64,000 bases of DNA from Gemmatimonadota bacterium (lineage in GTDB: Bacteria; Gemmatimonadota; Gemmatimonadetes; Palauibacterales; Palauibacteraceae). Below, piece after piece: positions 37,680 through 47,932 of this stretch. The DNA lies in NCBI GenBank assembly GCA_965116475.1, contig OZ220691.1, positions 768,001 through 832,000 on the forward strand, in the 5' to 3' direction. How positions within the stretch are numbered: the first letter of the stretch is position 1; each line of letters opens with the position of its first letter. The position numbers and the translations under genes are program-made. The notes under the pieces were generated by a model. The model was not told the origin of the DNA. It ran no database searches and worked only from the letters and a program-made list of their open reading frames with translations.

Positions 37680-38327
37680 TTAGCGATTCATGAGGAGGAC
37701 GATCTCCTCGTCTTCCACCCGGACGTCGACGACGGTCCCGGGGATGTCGAAGAGCACGGTTCGCCCGTCCGCACGCAACCCCAGTTGCTGCGCGGCCAGC
37801 CCCATCATCAGCGGGGGCACCGGGAGGATGCCGGCCTGGAGACTCACGACGTGGAGGCCTCCCTCGCCGCCCTCCGTCACCTGCGGGAGCACCTCTCCGG
37901 CGACCCGGGCGGAATCCCCGAGCGTGCGCGCCAGGTTCGCCGCCATGTCCGCTTCGATCGGGAGTTGCGTGAAGTTGAGCATGACGGAGAAGGCCACGGT
38001 CGAGTCGCGCAGTTCGACGGCGGGCTCTCCGACGCCGGCCGGCAGCCGGGGCATCAACTCGTAGCGAACGTAGCTCTGGAGGTCCGCCTCGCTGAATCGC
38101 GTCTCGGCCGCCCCGCCACCGGCCGCCAACTCCTGCAGCGCCGTTTCCACCTGCGCCGCCGCCTCGGGACCGAATTCGGGCGTGGACTCCGAGATGACGA
38201 TTTCATCGGCGCCCGCGTTCGAGAGCCACGCTTCGATGTCTCCCCGGAAGATCCAGCCGGCGATCAGCAGAATCAGCAGGAAGATGAGAAAGCCCAGACC
38301 TTTGAAGAGCTTCCGGAAGATACCCAT
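37680..38327 (-). CDS. Hypothetical membrane-anchored protein
   Basis: N-terminal TM, GGAGG RBS, co-directional with neighbours. Confidence 0.7.
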   Translation of the reverse strand: MGIFRKLFKGLGFLIFLLILLIAGWIFRGDIEAWLSNAGADEIVISESTPEFGPEAAAQVETALQELAAGGGAAETRFSEADLQSYVRYELMPRLPAGVGEPAVELRDSTVAFSVMLNFTQLPIEADMAANLARTLGDSARVAGEVLPQVTEGGEGGLHVVSLQAGILPVPPLMMGLAAQQLGLRADGRTVLFDIPGTVVDVRVEDEEIVLLMNR

Positions 38328-38366
38328 GTCGACCGCCTCCGACCGGAATCGGGGAAAGAGAAAAAA

Positions 38367-38981
38367 CTAGTGCCGTGCGCGGCGGGCGTCATCGTCGCCG
38401 CCCGCCAACGGGCAGACGGCGACCTCCGTGTGCCGCGCGCCGCGGGGGAGAAGTTCGCTCCGCATCAGTGACACGCACCGAACGTCCACCGTGGCCTCGA
38501 AGCGGACACGCGCGACGGCCCCCGCCAAACCTACGGGGGGCGGGGGACGACGGATTCGTCCCACCGTCACGTGCGGGCGGAAGGGGCGCGGGTCGGGGGC
38601 CACGCCGGCGCGGACCACGGCCGCCTCCACGGAGCGCTGCAGCGCGGCGAGCGCGGGCGTCTCCTCGACGCCGACCCAGAGGACGCGCGCGCGCCGCTGG
38701 GAGGGAAACACGCCGGCGGCGCGCAGCCGCATCGGGAAGCCCGGCAGCTTCCCGGCCGCGGCGGCGATCTCGCGTGCGAGCGGAGTTTCGAGGCCGCGAT
38801 CGACCTCGCCGATGAAGCGCAGCGTGAGGTGGAGTTGCTCGGCGCGCACCGGGCGCACGCCCTCCAGCGCCCGCAGGGCCCCGGTGGCGCGCGTGAGATC
38901 CGCGCGGACCGCGGCGGGGAGGAGGACGGCCGCGAAGAGTCTCGACCGGACGTCGGGGGGGACATATCCTGCGCCTGCCAT
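38367..38981 (-). CDS. thpR: RNA 2',3'-cyclic phosphodiesterase (2H family)
   Basis: RLFAA, HLTLRFIG and PHVTVGR HxT motifs, RVLWVG, LMRSEL. Confidence 0.9.
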   Translation of the reverse strand: MAGAGYVPPDVRSRLFAAVLLPAAVRADLTRATGALRALEGVRPVRAEQLHLTLRFIGEVDRGLETPLAREIAAAAGKLPGFPMRLRAAGVFPSQRRARVLWVGVEETPALAALQRSVEAAVVRAGVAPDPRPFRPHVTVGRIRRPPPPVGLAGAVARVRFEATVDVRCVSLMRSELLPRGARHTEVAVCPLAGGDDDARRARH

Positions 38982-39618
38982 GATCCTCCTCATCGACAAC
39001 TACGATTCGTTCGCCTTCAACCTCGCGCGCTACCTGGAGGAACTTGGGGAGACCGTGCGGGTGCGGCGCAACGATGCCGTCGATCCCGGGACCCTGGGGG
39101 ACGAAGGCCCGTCTCACATCGTGATCTCGCCCGGTCCCTGCACGCCCGCCGAAGCCGGCGCCTCCGTCGAGGTGATCCGGACCGTGGGCGCGGAGATCCC
39201 GATTCTGGGCGTCTGTCTCGGACACCAGTGTATCGCCGCGGCGACCGGGGGACGCGTCCTCCGGGCCGCCCGCCCGATGCACGGGCGCCTGTCCGCGATC
39301 CGGCACGAGGGGCGCGGGCTCTTCGCGGGCCTCCCCTCACCGCTCGAGGTCACCCGCTACCACTCGCTCGTCGTGGATCCCGGCGAACCGGGGGACGGCC
39401 TTCGGGTCACCGCCCGCACGGAGGAGGGCGAAGTCATGGCCCTCGAACACGTGTCGCGGCCCCTGTGGGGCGTGCAGTTCCATCCGGAGGCCGTGCTCAC
39501 GGCGGGAGGACGCCGCCTGCTCCGGAATTTCCTCGCGCTCGGAAGGGGGGACGTCCCCGCCCCCGAGCCCGTTGCAGCCGGCCGCTGCCCCGAACTCCCG
39601 GCCGGCTCGCTGCCCTGA
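38980..39618 (+). CDS. Aminodeoxychorismate/anthranilate synthase component II (glutamine amidotransferase)
   Basis: MILLIDNYDSF, SPGP, GVCLGHQ, RYHSL, QFHPE; pabA versus trpG cannot be resolved. Confidence 0.93.
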   Translation: MILLIDNYDSFAFNLARYLEELGETVRVRRNDAVDPGTLGDEGPSHIVISPGPCTPAEAGASVEVIRTVGAEIPILGVCLGHQCIAAATGGRVLRAARPMHGRLSAIRHEGRGLFAGLPSPLEVTRYHSLVVDPGEPGDGLRVTARTEEGEVMALEHVSRPLWGVQFHPEAVLTAGGRRLLRNFLALGRGDVPAPEPVAAGRCPELPAGSLP

Positions 39619-39671
39619 TCGAGGCCCCGGGCGACCCTGCTCTGCCCGGGGACCCGTGCTGGGGACCCGTG

Positions 39672-41207
39672 CTAGTGCGGTCCGCGGAAACGAATCGCTT
39701 CGGCGACGTGGTCCTCGGATACGCGGCTCTCTCTCTCGAGGTCCGCGATCGTCCGGGCGACGCGAAGCGCGCGGTGGTAGCCACGGGCCGTGAGGCCGAG
39801 ATGCGTGACGGCCTTCCTCATGAGCGAGCGGCCGCCGCGGTCGATCCGGCACGCCTCCTCGAGACGGACGGGAGGAATCCGCGCGTTCGTCGTGTCGTGG
39901 CGGCGGGCGGCGCGGGCGCGGGCCTGCGACACCCGGGCCCGCACGGCGGCGCTCGTCTCGCCGGGCGCCCCATCCGCGAGTTGCTCCCAGCGTACGGCGG
40001 GCACGTCGACCAGCATGTCGATCCGGTCGAGGAGGGGTCCGCTGACCCGGCGGCGGTAGCGCTGCACGGCTTCCTCCAGGCAGCGGCAGCGGCCCGGCAC
40101 GCCCAGGAAGCCGCACGGACAGGGGTTCATCGCGGCCACGAGCGTGAACTCGGCGGGGAAGCAGGCCGACCCGGCCGCGCGGACGATCCGCACCTGCCCC
40201 TCCTCGATCGGCTGGCGGAGCGCCTCCAGCGTGCGGCGCCCGAACTCGGGGAGTTCATCGAGGAAGAGCACGCCGTGATGCGCGAGCGATGCCTCGCCCG
40301 GCCGCGGCCGCGTCCCGCCTCCGATGAGCCCGGCCTCGCTGATGGAATGGTGCGGCGCCCGGAAGGGTCGGGTGCGCTTGAGGCCCGAGCCATCGGCCAC
40401 GAGGCCGGCGACGCTGTGGATCGCCGTCACGTCCACCGCCTCCTTGACGGCGAGGCTGGGGAGGAGGCCGGGGAGGCAGCGCGCGAGACTCGTCTTTCCG
40501 GCGCCCGGGCAGCCGGAAAGGAGGAGGTTGTGCCCCCCGGCGGCGGCGATCTCCAGCGCCCGCTTGGCGACCGGCTGCCCCTTCACGGCGGACAGGTCGA
40601 ACCCGCCGTCGTCCGGGCCGCGGCCGCCCGTCGCCCGAGCGGAGGAGGAGAGCAGCGCCGCGGGCCCGCGCAGCCGCGCCTTGCCTCTCAGCGCGGCGAG
40701 GAGGTGGGTCAGCGACTCCGAGCCGCCCACGGCGATCCCTTCCGCCGCCGACGCTTCGCGGAGGTTCGCGGACGGCAGAAGGAGGCGAGCGACGTGCGGG
40801 TTCGCGGCCGCAAAGAGGGCGATCGGGAGGGCGCCCCGGACGGAACGCAGGGAGCCGTCGAGCCCGAGTTCGCCCACCGCCAGCGTCCCCTCGAGCGCGT
40901 CCTGGGGGAGGTCTCCCTTCGCGCACAGGATGCCGAGCATGATCGGCAGGTCCAGCGCGGCCCCGGTCTTGGGAAGGTCCGCCGGCGCCAGGTTCACGGT
41001 GATGCGCAGCCCGGGAACGTGAAGGCCCAGTTGCGCCGCGGCGGCCCGGATTCGCTCGCGGCCCTCGCGCACGGCGCTCTGCGCGAGACCGACGATCTGC
41101 ATCAGCGGCGTCCCGTTGATCAGCGACACCTCGACACTCACCGGCCGCACGTCGAGCCCCATCACCGCCGCCGACATCACCGAGGCCGACCCCATCCACT
41201 TCGCCAT
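39672..41207 (-). CDS. comM: YifB/ComM Mg-chelatase-like AAA ATPase
   Basis: TVNLAPADLPK, AAAGGHNLL, PFRAPHH, PGEASLAHHGVLFLDE, AAMNPCPCG, SGPLLDRID. Confidence 0.93.
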   Translation of the reverse strand: MAKWMGSASVMSAAVMGLDVRPVSVEVSLINGTPLMQIVGLAQSAVREGRERIRAAAAQLGLHVPGLRITVNLAPADLPKTGAALDLPIMLGILCAKGDLPQDALEGTLAVGELGLDGSLRSVRGALPIALFAAANPHVARLLLPSANLREASAAEGIAVGGSESLTHLLAALRGKARLRGPAALLSSSARATGGRGPDDGGFDLSAVKGQPVAKRALEIAAAGGHNLLLSGCPGAGKTSLARCLPGLLPSLAVKEAVDVTAIHSVAGLVADGSGLKRTRPFRAPHHSISEAGLIGGGTRPRPGEASLAHHGVLFLDELPEFGRRTLEALRQPIEEGQVRIVRAAGSACFPAEFTLVAAMNPCPCGFLGVPGRCRCLEEAVQRYRRRVSGPLLDRIDMLVDVPAVRWEQLADGAPGETSAAVRARVSQARARAARRHDTTNARIPPVRLEEACRIDRGGRSLMRKAVTHLGLTARGYHRALRVARTIADLERESRVSEDHVAEAIRFRGPH

Positions 41208-41321
41208 TCTTCTTCGCTCCCGTCCGCGCAGCCTTGTAACTTCACCGTGAAGTCATGATCGGCGCCGGTATCAACCGGTTCTCAACCAGGCCGGGAACGA
41301 GCGCGGGAACGAGGCGGGAGA

Positions 41322-42047
41322 GTGGCAAAGAGCGTGAGATCGACGTGCAGCGCCGCTCGAACGCGGCGGGGCCTTTTGCACGGGCTGCCGGGAACGCTGC
41401 TTCTGGGCCCGCTACTCGCGGCCCTGCCGACCCCTCTTCCGTTGGGCGCGCAGGAACTGGACGCGGGCCACCTTTATCTCCACGAAGGGGGGCGCCGCGT
41501 GGGGACGGAGCGCTTCCGGATCTGGCGGACCGGATCGACGGTGAACGCCGCGGCGAGCGTCGAGATGGTGCAGCGGGCGGCCTGGCTGGTGCGGCTCCAG
41601 ATGGACCCCGACCTGCTCCCGGTGAAATACGAGATTCGCGAAGGTGTATCGGCTCTTGTGAGCGGGGAGCGCTTCCCCGACCGGGTCCGCTTCCACTTCG
41701 CGACCGCCGAGGGCGAGCGCTGGAAGCAGTACCCGGTCCAGGATGCGGCAGCGATCCTGGAGCCGGGCGTCGCGCACCACTATCTCGTGCTCGTGCGTGC
41801 GCTCAGAGAGGCGCCGGAAGGGCGGTTGAAGGCGATCCTGCCCCTTGACGGCCGGACCGTGACCGTGCGCCTCGCCGCGCAGACGGAGGAAAGCGTTTCG
41901 CTCGGCGAAGAGTCGGTGGACGCGACCCGCTACGACGTGGACATGGAAGGCGCCCGGCACCGGGTGTGGCTCGACGCGGACGACCGGCTGCTCCGCGTCC
42001 TGGACGCCGAGGGCCGCGAGGCGCTGCGCGCCCCCGCCAGGGGCTGA
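41322..42047 (+). CDS. Hypothetical exported protein
   Basis: Signal peptide-like region, then beta-rich GTERFRI..VWLDADDRLLRV; first gene of the exporter cluster. Confidence 0.7.
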   Translation: MAKSVRSTCSAARTRRGLLHGLPGTLLLGPLLAALPTPLPLGAQELDAGHLYLHEGGRRVGTERFRIWRTGSTVNAAASVEMVQRAAWLVRLQMDPDLLPVKYEIREGVSALVSGERFPDRVRFHFATAEGERWKQYPVQDAAAILEPGVAHHYLVLVRALREAPEGRLKAILPLDGRTVTVRLAAQTEESVSLGEESVDATRYDVDMEGARHRVWLDADDRLLRVLDAEGREALRAPARG

Positions 42048-42065
42048 GACAGACTGGAGGAGAAG

Positions 42066-42791
42066 ATGGAACACCATCCGGAATCGTCCGAGGCACCCGC
42101 GGAGGAGCACGGGATCCCCTCCCTGCCCGTGCGCATCGCGCAGGTCTTCGTCTCGCCGGCGAAGCTGTTCGACGCCCTCCGCGACCAGCCCGCCTGGATG
42201 GGCGCCGTCCTGGGGCTGATCGGCCTCAGCATCGCGCTTCAGTTCCTCACACCGGTCATCGTCCCCGAAGAGGTCAGGCGGACGATGCTTGAGAGTCAAT
42301 TCGTCGCTGGAGGCACCGATCCCGCGATCGCTGAGCAGCAGATCGAATTCTGGCTCCAGTGGTCCCCGGTTGTGTTCGGGGTCGGGGCGGTCGTAATGAC
42401 GCCGGTCGCACTCAGCATCGTTTCGGGGCTCCTGCTGATCGCGTTCAACGTGCTTCTCGGCGGCGAGGGTACGTTCCGGCAACTCTTCAGCGCCAGCGCG
42501 CATGCCTTCTATGTCAACCTGGCCGGAGGAGTCGCCGTGCTGGTCCTCATGGTGCTCGGTGCCGAGAACCCCATTCTGACGCCGGGTCTCTTCCTGCCGG
42601 AGATCGAGGGATTCGTTGGCAGGTTCGTAAACGGAATGAACATCTTCGCTGTTTGGACGTGCGGGGTGCTCGGGGTCGCGGTCAGCCGCATCTATCCGGG
42701 GCGCTCCGTTGCGGCAGGCACGACGTACCTGCTCGTGCTCTATCTGCTGATGGTCGCTCTGGGCGCGGCCGCGGCAGGCCTGGGAGGTTGA
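42066..42791 (+). CDS. Yip1-domain membrane protein (YknW-like)
   Basis: VFVSPAKLFDALR..P, about 5 TMs, GTFRQLF; GGAGG RBS. Confidence 0.78.
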   Translation: MEHHPESSEAPAEEHGIPSLPVRIAQVFVSPAKLFDALRDQPAWMGAVLGLIGLSIALQFLTPVIVPEEVRRTMLESQFVAGGTDPAIAEQQIEFWLQWSPVVFGVGAVVMTPVALSIVSGLLLIAFNVLLGGEGTFRQLFSASAHAFYVNLAGGVAVLVLMVLGAENPILTPGLFLPEIEGFVGRFVNGMNIFAVWTCGVLGVAVSRIYPGRSVAAGTTYLLVLYLLMVALGAAAAGLGG

Positions 42792-42935
42792 GTGGCGGAC
42801 CCTCGCACCTGAGCGTCGCCCAAAGGGAATGAAACCGGGCGGGCGGCACGGACGTACCCTTGGGCGCGCGAGTCGGGGTATCCCGGACGTCGCGCAGTTG
42901 CCCGCCGAGCCTCGAAATAAAGGTCCTTGTACAGG

Positions 42936-44249
42936 ATGAAGAAAGCGATCATCGCGGTCGTCGCGGTTGGACTTCTCGCGACCATGGGATTCCTCGCCAC
43001 GCAGCGGCAAGGGCGTGGCGCCGTTGAAGTTCGCGTGGAAGCCGTCGGCCTGCGGGATCTCGTCGACGACGTCTCCGCGACGGGCCACATAGAACCCAAG
43101 ACGCACGTGGACATCACCACGGACGTCGCCGGGCGGATCATCGAGCTTCCAGTGGAGGAAGGTCAGGACGTGGAGGAGGGGGACCTCCTGCTCCAGATCG
43201 ATCCGGCGCTGTTTCAGGCCGCCGTGCAGCGGGCCGAGGCGGCGCTGGCGCAGGCGAGCGCCAACCGCGCCCAGCAGGAGGCGGCGTACCGGCAGGCACA
43301 GCGGGACGCGGACCGCCTCACGGCGTTGCAGGCGCGAGGGACGGACTTCGTGACGGAGGCGGAAGTCGAGCAGGCGGTGACGAACGCCGATGTCCAGAAT
43401 CGGCTCCTGGAGGCGACCGAGCATCAGGTCGACCAGGCCGAGGCGAGTTTGGACCAGGAACGGGACCGGCTCGGGAAGACGACGATCCGGGCGCCGATGT
43501 CCGGCCGGATCACGCGGCTCAACGTCGAGCGCGGCGAGACCGCGATCGTCGGGACGATGAACAATCCGGGCAGCCTGCTGCTCACCGTCGCGGACCTCTC
43601 CGTCATGGAGGCCGTGATCGAGGTGGACGAAACGGACGTGCCGGATATCACCATCGGCGACTCCGCCTACGTCGAGATCGACGCCTTTCCGAACCGGCGT
43701 TTCGTGGGGACCGTCACCGAGATCGGCAACAGCTCGATCGTCCCGTTGAATCCCGCCGCGTCCGGCGGTTCTGCCCAGGCGATCGATTTCGAGGTGCGCA
43801 TCGAGCTTCGTGAGCCGCCCGAGGGGATCCGGCCGGACCTGTCGGCCACGGCCGACGTGATCACGGCCACCCGCGACGGCGTGCCCAGCATCCCCATCAC
43901 GGCGCTCACGCTGATGGATGCGGATGAGTACGAGGAGATCCCGAACGAGAATCTGCCGAGCGCTCCACAATCCGACGCGGTGCGCGACATCGAGGGCGTC
44001 TTCGTCATTGAGGGCGACATCGTCCGCTTCCGGCCCGTCGAGATCGGGATCGCCGGCGAGAACTACTTCGAGGTCCTGTCCGGGATCGAAGTCGGCACGA
44101 CCGTCGTCTCGGGCTCGTTCCAGGCGATCCGCGAACTCACCGACGGAAGCCGGATCCGGATCGACGCGCCGGCCGCCGGCGCCACCGCCAACGGCGAAGG
44201 CAGTAGCGGAGGAAGCGACGCCGCGGTCAACGGGGAGAACGGCCGATGA
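42936..44249 (+). CDS. Periplasmic adaptor/membrane fusion protein (MacA/YknX-like)
   Basis: [20 protein letters not shown] lipoyl half, coiled coil, IRAPMSG, VDETD. Confidence 0.92.
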   Translation: MKKAIIAVVAVGLLATMGFLATQRQGRGAVEVRVEAVGLRDLVDDVSATGHIEPKTHVDITTDVAGRIIELPVEEGQDVEEGDLLLQIDPALFQAAVQRAEAALAQASANRAQQEAAYRQAQRDADRLTALQARGTDFVTEAEVEQAVTNADVQNRLLEATEHQVDQAEASLDQERDRLGKTTIRAPMSGRITRLNVERGETAIVGTMNNPGSLLLTVADLSVMEAVIEVDETDVPDITIGDSAYVEIDAFPNRRFVGTVTEIGNSSIVPLNPAASGGSAQAIDFEVRIELREPPEGIRPDLSATADVITATRDGVPSIPITALTLMDADEYEEIPNENLPSAPQSDAVRDIEGVFVIEGDIVRFRPVEIGIAGENYFEVLSGIEVGTTVVSGSFQAIRELTDGSRIRIDAPAAGATANGEGSSGGSDAAVNGENGR

Positions 44250-45289
44250 GCGGGAACGGGCAGATGAAGTCGATGATCGTCACGCGCGATCTGAGGAAGG
44301 AGTACGTGATGGGCACGGAGACGGTGCACGCGCTGGCGGGCGTGGACATCGAGATTCTCCGCAACGAGTACGTGTCGATCATGGGACCGTCGGGTTCGGG
44401 CAAGTCGACGCTGATGAACATGATCGGCTGCCTCGACTCACCGACGAGCGGGGAGTACGTCCTCAACGGGCAGGCGGTCCAGGACCTGAGCGACGACAAC
44501 CTGGCCCGGATTCGAAACCGGGAGATCGGTTTCGTGTTCCAGACGTTCAACCTCCTGCCGAGGGCGACGGCGCTGCACAACGTGGAGCTGCCACTGATCT
44601 ACGCGGGAGTGTCGAGCCGGGACCGGCAGCGGAAGGCGGCGCAGGCGCTCGAGATCGTTCAGCTGGCCGACCGGATGGACCACAAACCCAACGAGCTGTC
44701 CGGCGGTCAGCGCCAGCGCGTGGCCATCGCGAGGGCGCTCGTCAACGACCCCTCGATCCTCCTCGCGGACGAGCCGACAGGCAACCTCGACTCCTCGACG
44801 TCGGAGGAGATCATGGACGTCTTCGACACGCTCCACGAGAACGGGCAGACCATCATCATGGTCACGCACGAGTACGACATCGCGGCCCGCTCCCAGCGCG
44901 TGATCACGCTCGTCGACGGCAAGGTCGAGGCGCAGATGTCGGTGGATTACTACCTGGCGCGCGGCCTCCAGAAGCCCACGGCGGCTTCGGTCGCGACAGC
45001 TCCCGCGGCGAGCCCGGAGGCCGAGCCCGCTCCCGAGCCGGAGACCGCTCCCCGGCCGGAGACCGTTTCGGCGCCGGAGACCGCGCCGGAGCCGGAGACC
45101 GCGCCGGAGCCGGAGACCGCGCCGGAGCCGCCACCTACGGCTGCGCCGGTGGACCCGGTACGACCGCCGACCGCCGCCCCGGTGGAACCGGCGCCGCCTG
45201 AGGCGACCCCTCCGGCCCCGGGAACCCCACGCCCGATCTCGAATCCGTGGGCGCCCCCGCGCACGCCGCCGCTCGACGGTGGCCGCTAG
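44246..45289 (+). CDS. ABC transporter ATP-binding protein (MacB/LolD type) with Pro/Glu tail
   Basis: [43 protein letters not shown]. Confidence 0.95.
   Translation: MSGNGQMKSMIVTRDLRKEYVMGTETVHALAGVDIEILRNEYVSIMGPSGSGKSTLMNMIGCLDSPTSGEYVLNGQAVQDLSDDNLARIRNREIGFVFQTFNLLPRATALHNVELPLIYAGVSSRDRQRKAAQALEIVQLADRMDHKPNELSGGQRQRVAIARALVNDPSILLADEPTGNLDSSTSEEIMDVFDTLHENGQTIIMVTHEYDIAARSQRVITLVDGKVEAQMSVDYYLARGLQKPTAASVATAPAASPEAEPAPEPETAPRPETVSAPETAPEPETAPEPETAPEPPPTAAPVDPVRPPTAAPVEPAPPEATPPAPGTPRPISNPWAPPRTPPLDGGR
45022..45132 (+). repeat. 18-bp coding repeats (APEPET) in the ABC ATPase tail
   Basis: gcgccggagccggagacc units, several copies. Confidence 0.85.
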
Positions 45290-45310
45290 CGGCCGCGCGA
45301 CGCTCCGACG

Positions 45311-46555
45311 ATGAGATTCTGGGAGGGCATCCGCCTTTCGCTGCAGCAGGTCCGCGCGCAGAAGCTGAAGTCGTTCTTCGCGCTCCTCGGCATCAGCATC
45401 GGCATCACCTTCCTCATGGCGGTGATCACGATCGTCGAGGGCATGAACAGCTATGTGCGCGACGACTTCGCGGGTTCCCTGTTCGGCGTGAACACCTTCA
45501 CCGTCGTGCGGCGGCCGCAGATCCAGACCGGCCGCATCGATGAGGCCGAACGTCGCCGACAGCGCCGCAATCCCCAGCTCACCATGGAGGATGTGCAAGT
45601 CGTGCAGGACGCGGCGCCCGACGCCCTGTACCTGGCCTACTATGCGCGGGATTTTGCGGGCGCGGTCCGCTACGGGCAGTACGAGCGGCGCAATATCCTC
45701 ATGGTCGGGGGCTCGCCGGAGTACGAAGCGGTCCAGGGGTGGAAGGTCGTGGATGGGCGGGGCCTGACGCCGATCGATGACCAGCAGGCGCTTCCCGTCG
45801 CGGTCATCGGCGCCCAGATCGCCGAACGGCTCTTCCCCACGACCTCGCCCATCGACAAGCGCATCCGGGCGGGCGGGCACGGGTTCAGGGTCGTCGGCGT
45901 GCTGGAGGCCCAGGGCGGCCTCGCCGGGAATCTGCGCGATGCGGCCGTACTCGTTCCCTTCGAGACGTTTCAGCGCACCGTGGCGCGCCGACGGCTGGAG
46001 GTCGACGGGATCACCGTCAAGATGGGGTCGCTCGACGAACTGGAGCCGGCCATGGCGGAAGTGGAGGGTGCGCTGCGGTCGAACCGGCGCCTGCGCCCCT
46101 CCGAGCCGAACAATTTCGGCATCGACACTTCGAGCGGACTGCTCGATGCGTGGGAGACGATCAACCGGGTGCTGATGACGGCGCTGCCCGGCCTGGTCGG
46201 AGTCTCGCTCGTGGTGGGCGGCATCGTGATCATGAACATCATGCTGCTCTCGGTCACGGACCGGACGCGTGAGATCGGGCTCCGCAAGTCTCTCGGAGCC
46301 CGGCGCCGTGACGTTCTGTTCCAGTTTCTGACCGAAGCCTCCACGCTCTCGATCGCGGGGGCGGCGCTAGGCATCGGGAGCGGATTCGGGCTGGCGTTCA
46401 TCGTCGAGAGACTCTGGTCGCTCCCGGCGGCGGTCTCGGTTCCCGCCATGATCGTCTCGCTCATGCTCGGGCTCGGCGTCGGGATCGCCTCCGGACTCTA
46501 CCCCGCCTATCGCGCGGCCCGGCTCGACCCCATCGAAGCCCTCAGGTTCGAGTGA
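45311..46555 (+). CDS. MacB/FtsX-type ABC permease 1
   Basis: GGIVIMNIMLLSVTDRTREIGLRKSLGA, AARLDPIEALRFE. Confidence 0.93.
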   Translation: MRFWEGIRLSLQQVRAQKLKSFFALLGISIGITFLMAVITIVEGMNSYVRDDFAGSLFGVNTFTVVRRPQIQTGRIDEAERRRQRRNPQLTMEDVQVVQDAAPDALYLAYYARDFAGAVRYGQYERRNILMVGGSPEYEAVQGWKVVDGRGLTPIDDQQALPVAVIGAQIAERLFPTTSPIDKRIRAGGHGFRVVGVLEAQGGLAGNLRDAAVLVPFETFQRTVARRRLEVDGITVKMGSLDELEPAMAEVEGALRSNRRLRPSEPNNFGIDTSSGLLDAWETINRVLMTALPGLVGVSLVVGGIVIMNIMLLSVTDRTREIGLRKSLGARRRDVLFQFLTEASTLSIAGAALGIGSGFGLAFIVERLWSLPAAVSVPAMIVSLMLGLGVGIASGLYPAYRAARLDPIEALRFE

Positions 46556-46562
46556 GGTTGCG

Positions 46563-47858
46563 GTGAGCGCGGGCGGGCGGGGCACGCGAGGCATGGGGTT
46601 CATCGCGACGATCGCCGAGGGGATCGCCGTCGCCTTCGACTCGCTCGGGGCGAACAAGGTGCGGAGCGGTCTCACGATCCTCGGGGTGACGATCGGCGTG
46701 CTCGTCGTCATGGTCATGGCGGCGGTGATCACCGGGATCAACCGGAGCTTCTCGGAACTGATGGCCCCGGAGGGGATCACCACGTTCTGGGTGGCGCACT
46801 TCGACTTCTCCTCCATCCAGTTCAGCGGCCCGCTCGAGGAAGGGGAGGATGCCTTCTTCAGGAACCCACCGCTGGAGCCGGAATGGGCGAAGGATCTGGG
46901 GCGGATCGAGGGGATCCGGAGCGCGGCGCCCATCGTGGACCTGGCGGGATCGGGCTACGAAGCCTCCTCGGGCCCCGACCGGGTCGAGATCGGACTCTAC
47001 GGGGTGGGCGCCGACTACATCGAGATCTCGGGCGGCGATATCATCTCCGGCCGCTGGTTCACGCAGTCGGAAGCCGACCGGCGCGCCGCGGTCACCGTGA
47101 TCGACTCCGCCACGGCGGTGGAGTTGTTCGGGACCCGGGATCCGATCGGACGCGACATCCGCATCAGCCGAGGCAGCGAGAACGCGAGGGTGCGCGTGGT
47201 CGGCATCTACCGGGTGCCCGCCAACCTCTTCGCGGGCCTCGTCTCGCACTATGTGTGGATGCCCTTCGCGACGGCGGACAAGCTGCTGCGGGTGTGGGAC
47301 CGGCAGATCAGTTTCGTCGTGCGGCCGGAACCGGAAACGGAGCTGCAGGCCGCACTCGACGCGACCCGCGCCCGCATGCGGCAACTGCGGGGATTGCAGG
47401 TCGGCGAGGAAGACGACTTCGCCATCATGACCCCGGACCAGATGATGGAGCTCTGGGGCCAGCTGACGAACGTGCTGTTCGCCGCGATGGTCGGCCTGTC
47501 GAGCATTGGGCTCATGGTCGGCGGCGTCGGGGTGATCGGCATCATGATGATCTCCGTCACGGAGCGGACCCGGGAGATCGGGCTGCGCAAGGCGATGGGC
47601 GGACGCCGCCGCGACATCATGTGGCAGTTCCTCGTCGAAGCGGCCACGCTCACGCTGCTGGGCGGTGCGACCGGCATGCTGCTCGGAGGCGGACTCGTGT
47701 GGGTCGTGAACCAGGCCACGCCGCTGACCGCCGTCGTGCCGCTGTGGTCCATCGTGGCCGCGCTCGCCGCCTCGATTCTGACCGGCGTTGGCTTCGGACT
47801 CTACCCGGCCTCCCGGGCCGCGGGTCTGGACCCCATCGACGCGTTGCGTTACGAGTAG
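46563..47858 (+). CDS. MacB/FtsX-type ABC permease 2
   Basis: SVTERTREIGLRKAMG, LDPIDALRYE. Confidence 0.93.
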   Translation: MSAGGRGTRGMGFIATIAEGIAVAFDSLGANKVRSGLTILGVTIGVLVVMVMAAVITGINRSFSELMAPEGITTFWVAHFDFSSIQFSGPLEEGEDAFFRNPPLEPEWAKDLGRIEGIRSAAPIVDLAGSGYEASSGPDRVEIGLYGVGADYIEISGGDIISGRWFTQSEADRRAAVTVIDSATAVELFGTRDPIGRDIRISRGSENARVRVVGIYRVPANLFAGLVSHYVWMPFATADKLLRVWDRQISFVVRPEPETELQAALDATRARMRQLRGLQVGEEDDFAIMTPDQMMELWGQLTNVLFAAMVGLSSIGLMVGGVGVIGIMMISVTERTREIGLRKAMGGRRRDIMWQFLVEAATLTLLGGATGMLLGGGLVWVVNQATPLTAVVPLWSIVAALAASILTGVGFGLYPASRAAGLDPIDALRYE

Positions 47859-47932
47859 TCGTCTCCCGCGGCAGGAAACGCGCGACCTGACTCCGGCAGG
47901 CGATCGACGCCGCGGGCGACGGGGAGGCGCGT

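Noticed and set aside
41412..43970. 852-aa minus-strand ORF
   Set aside because: Antisense to the exporter cluster; no recognisable family.
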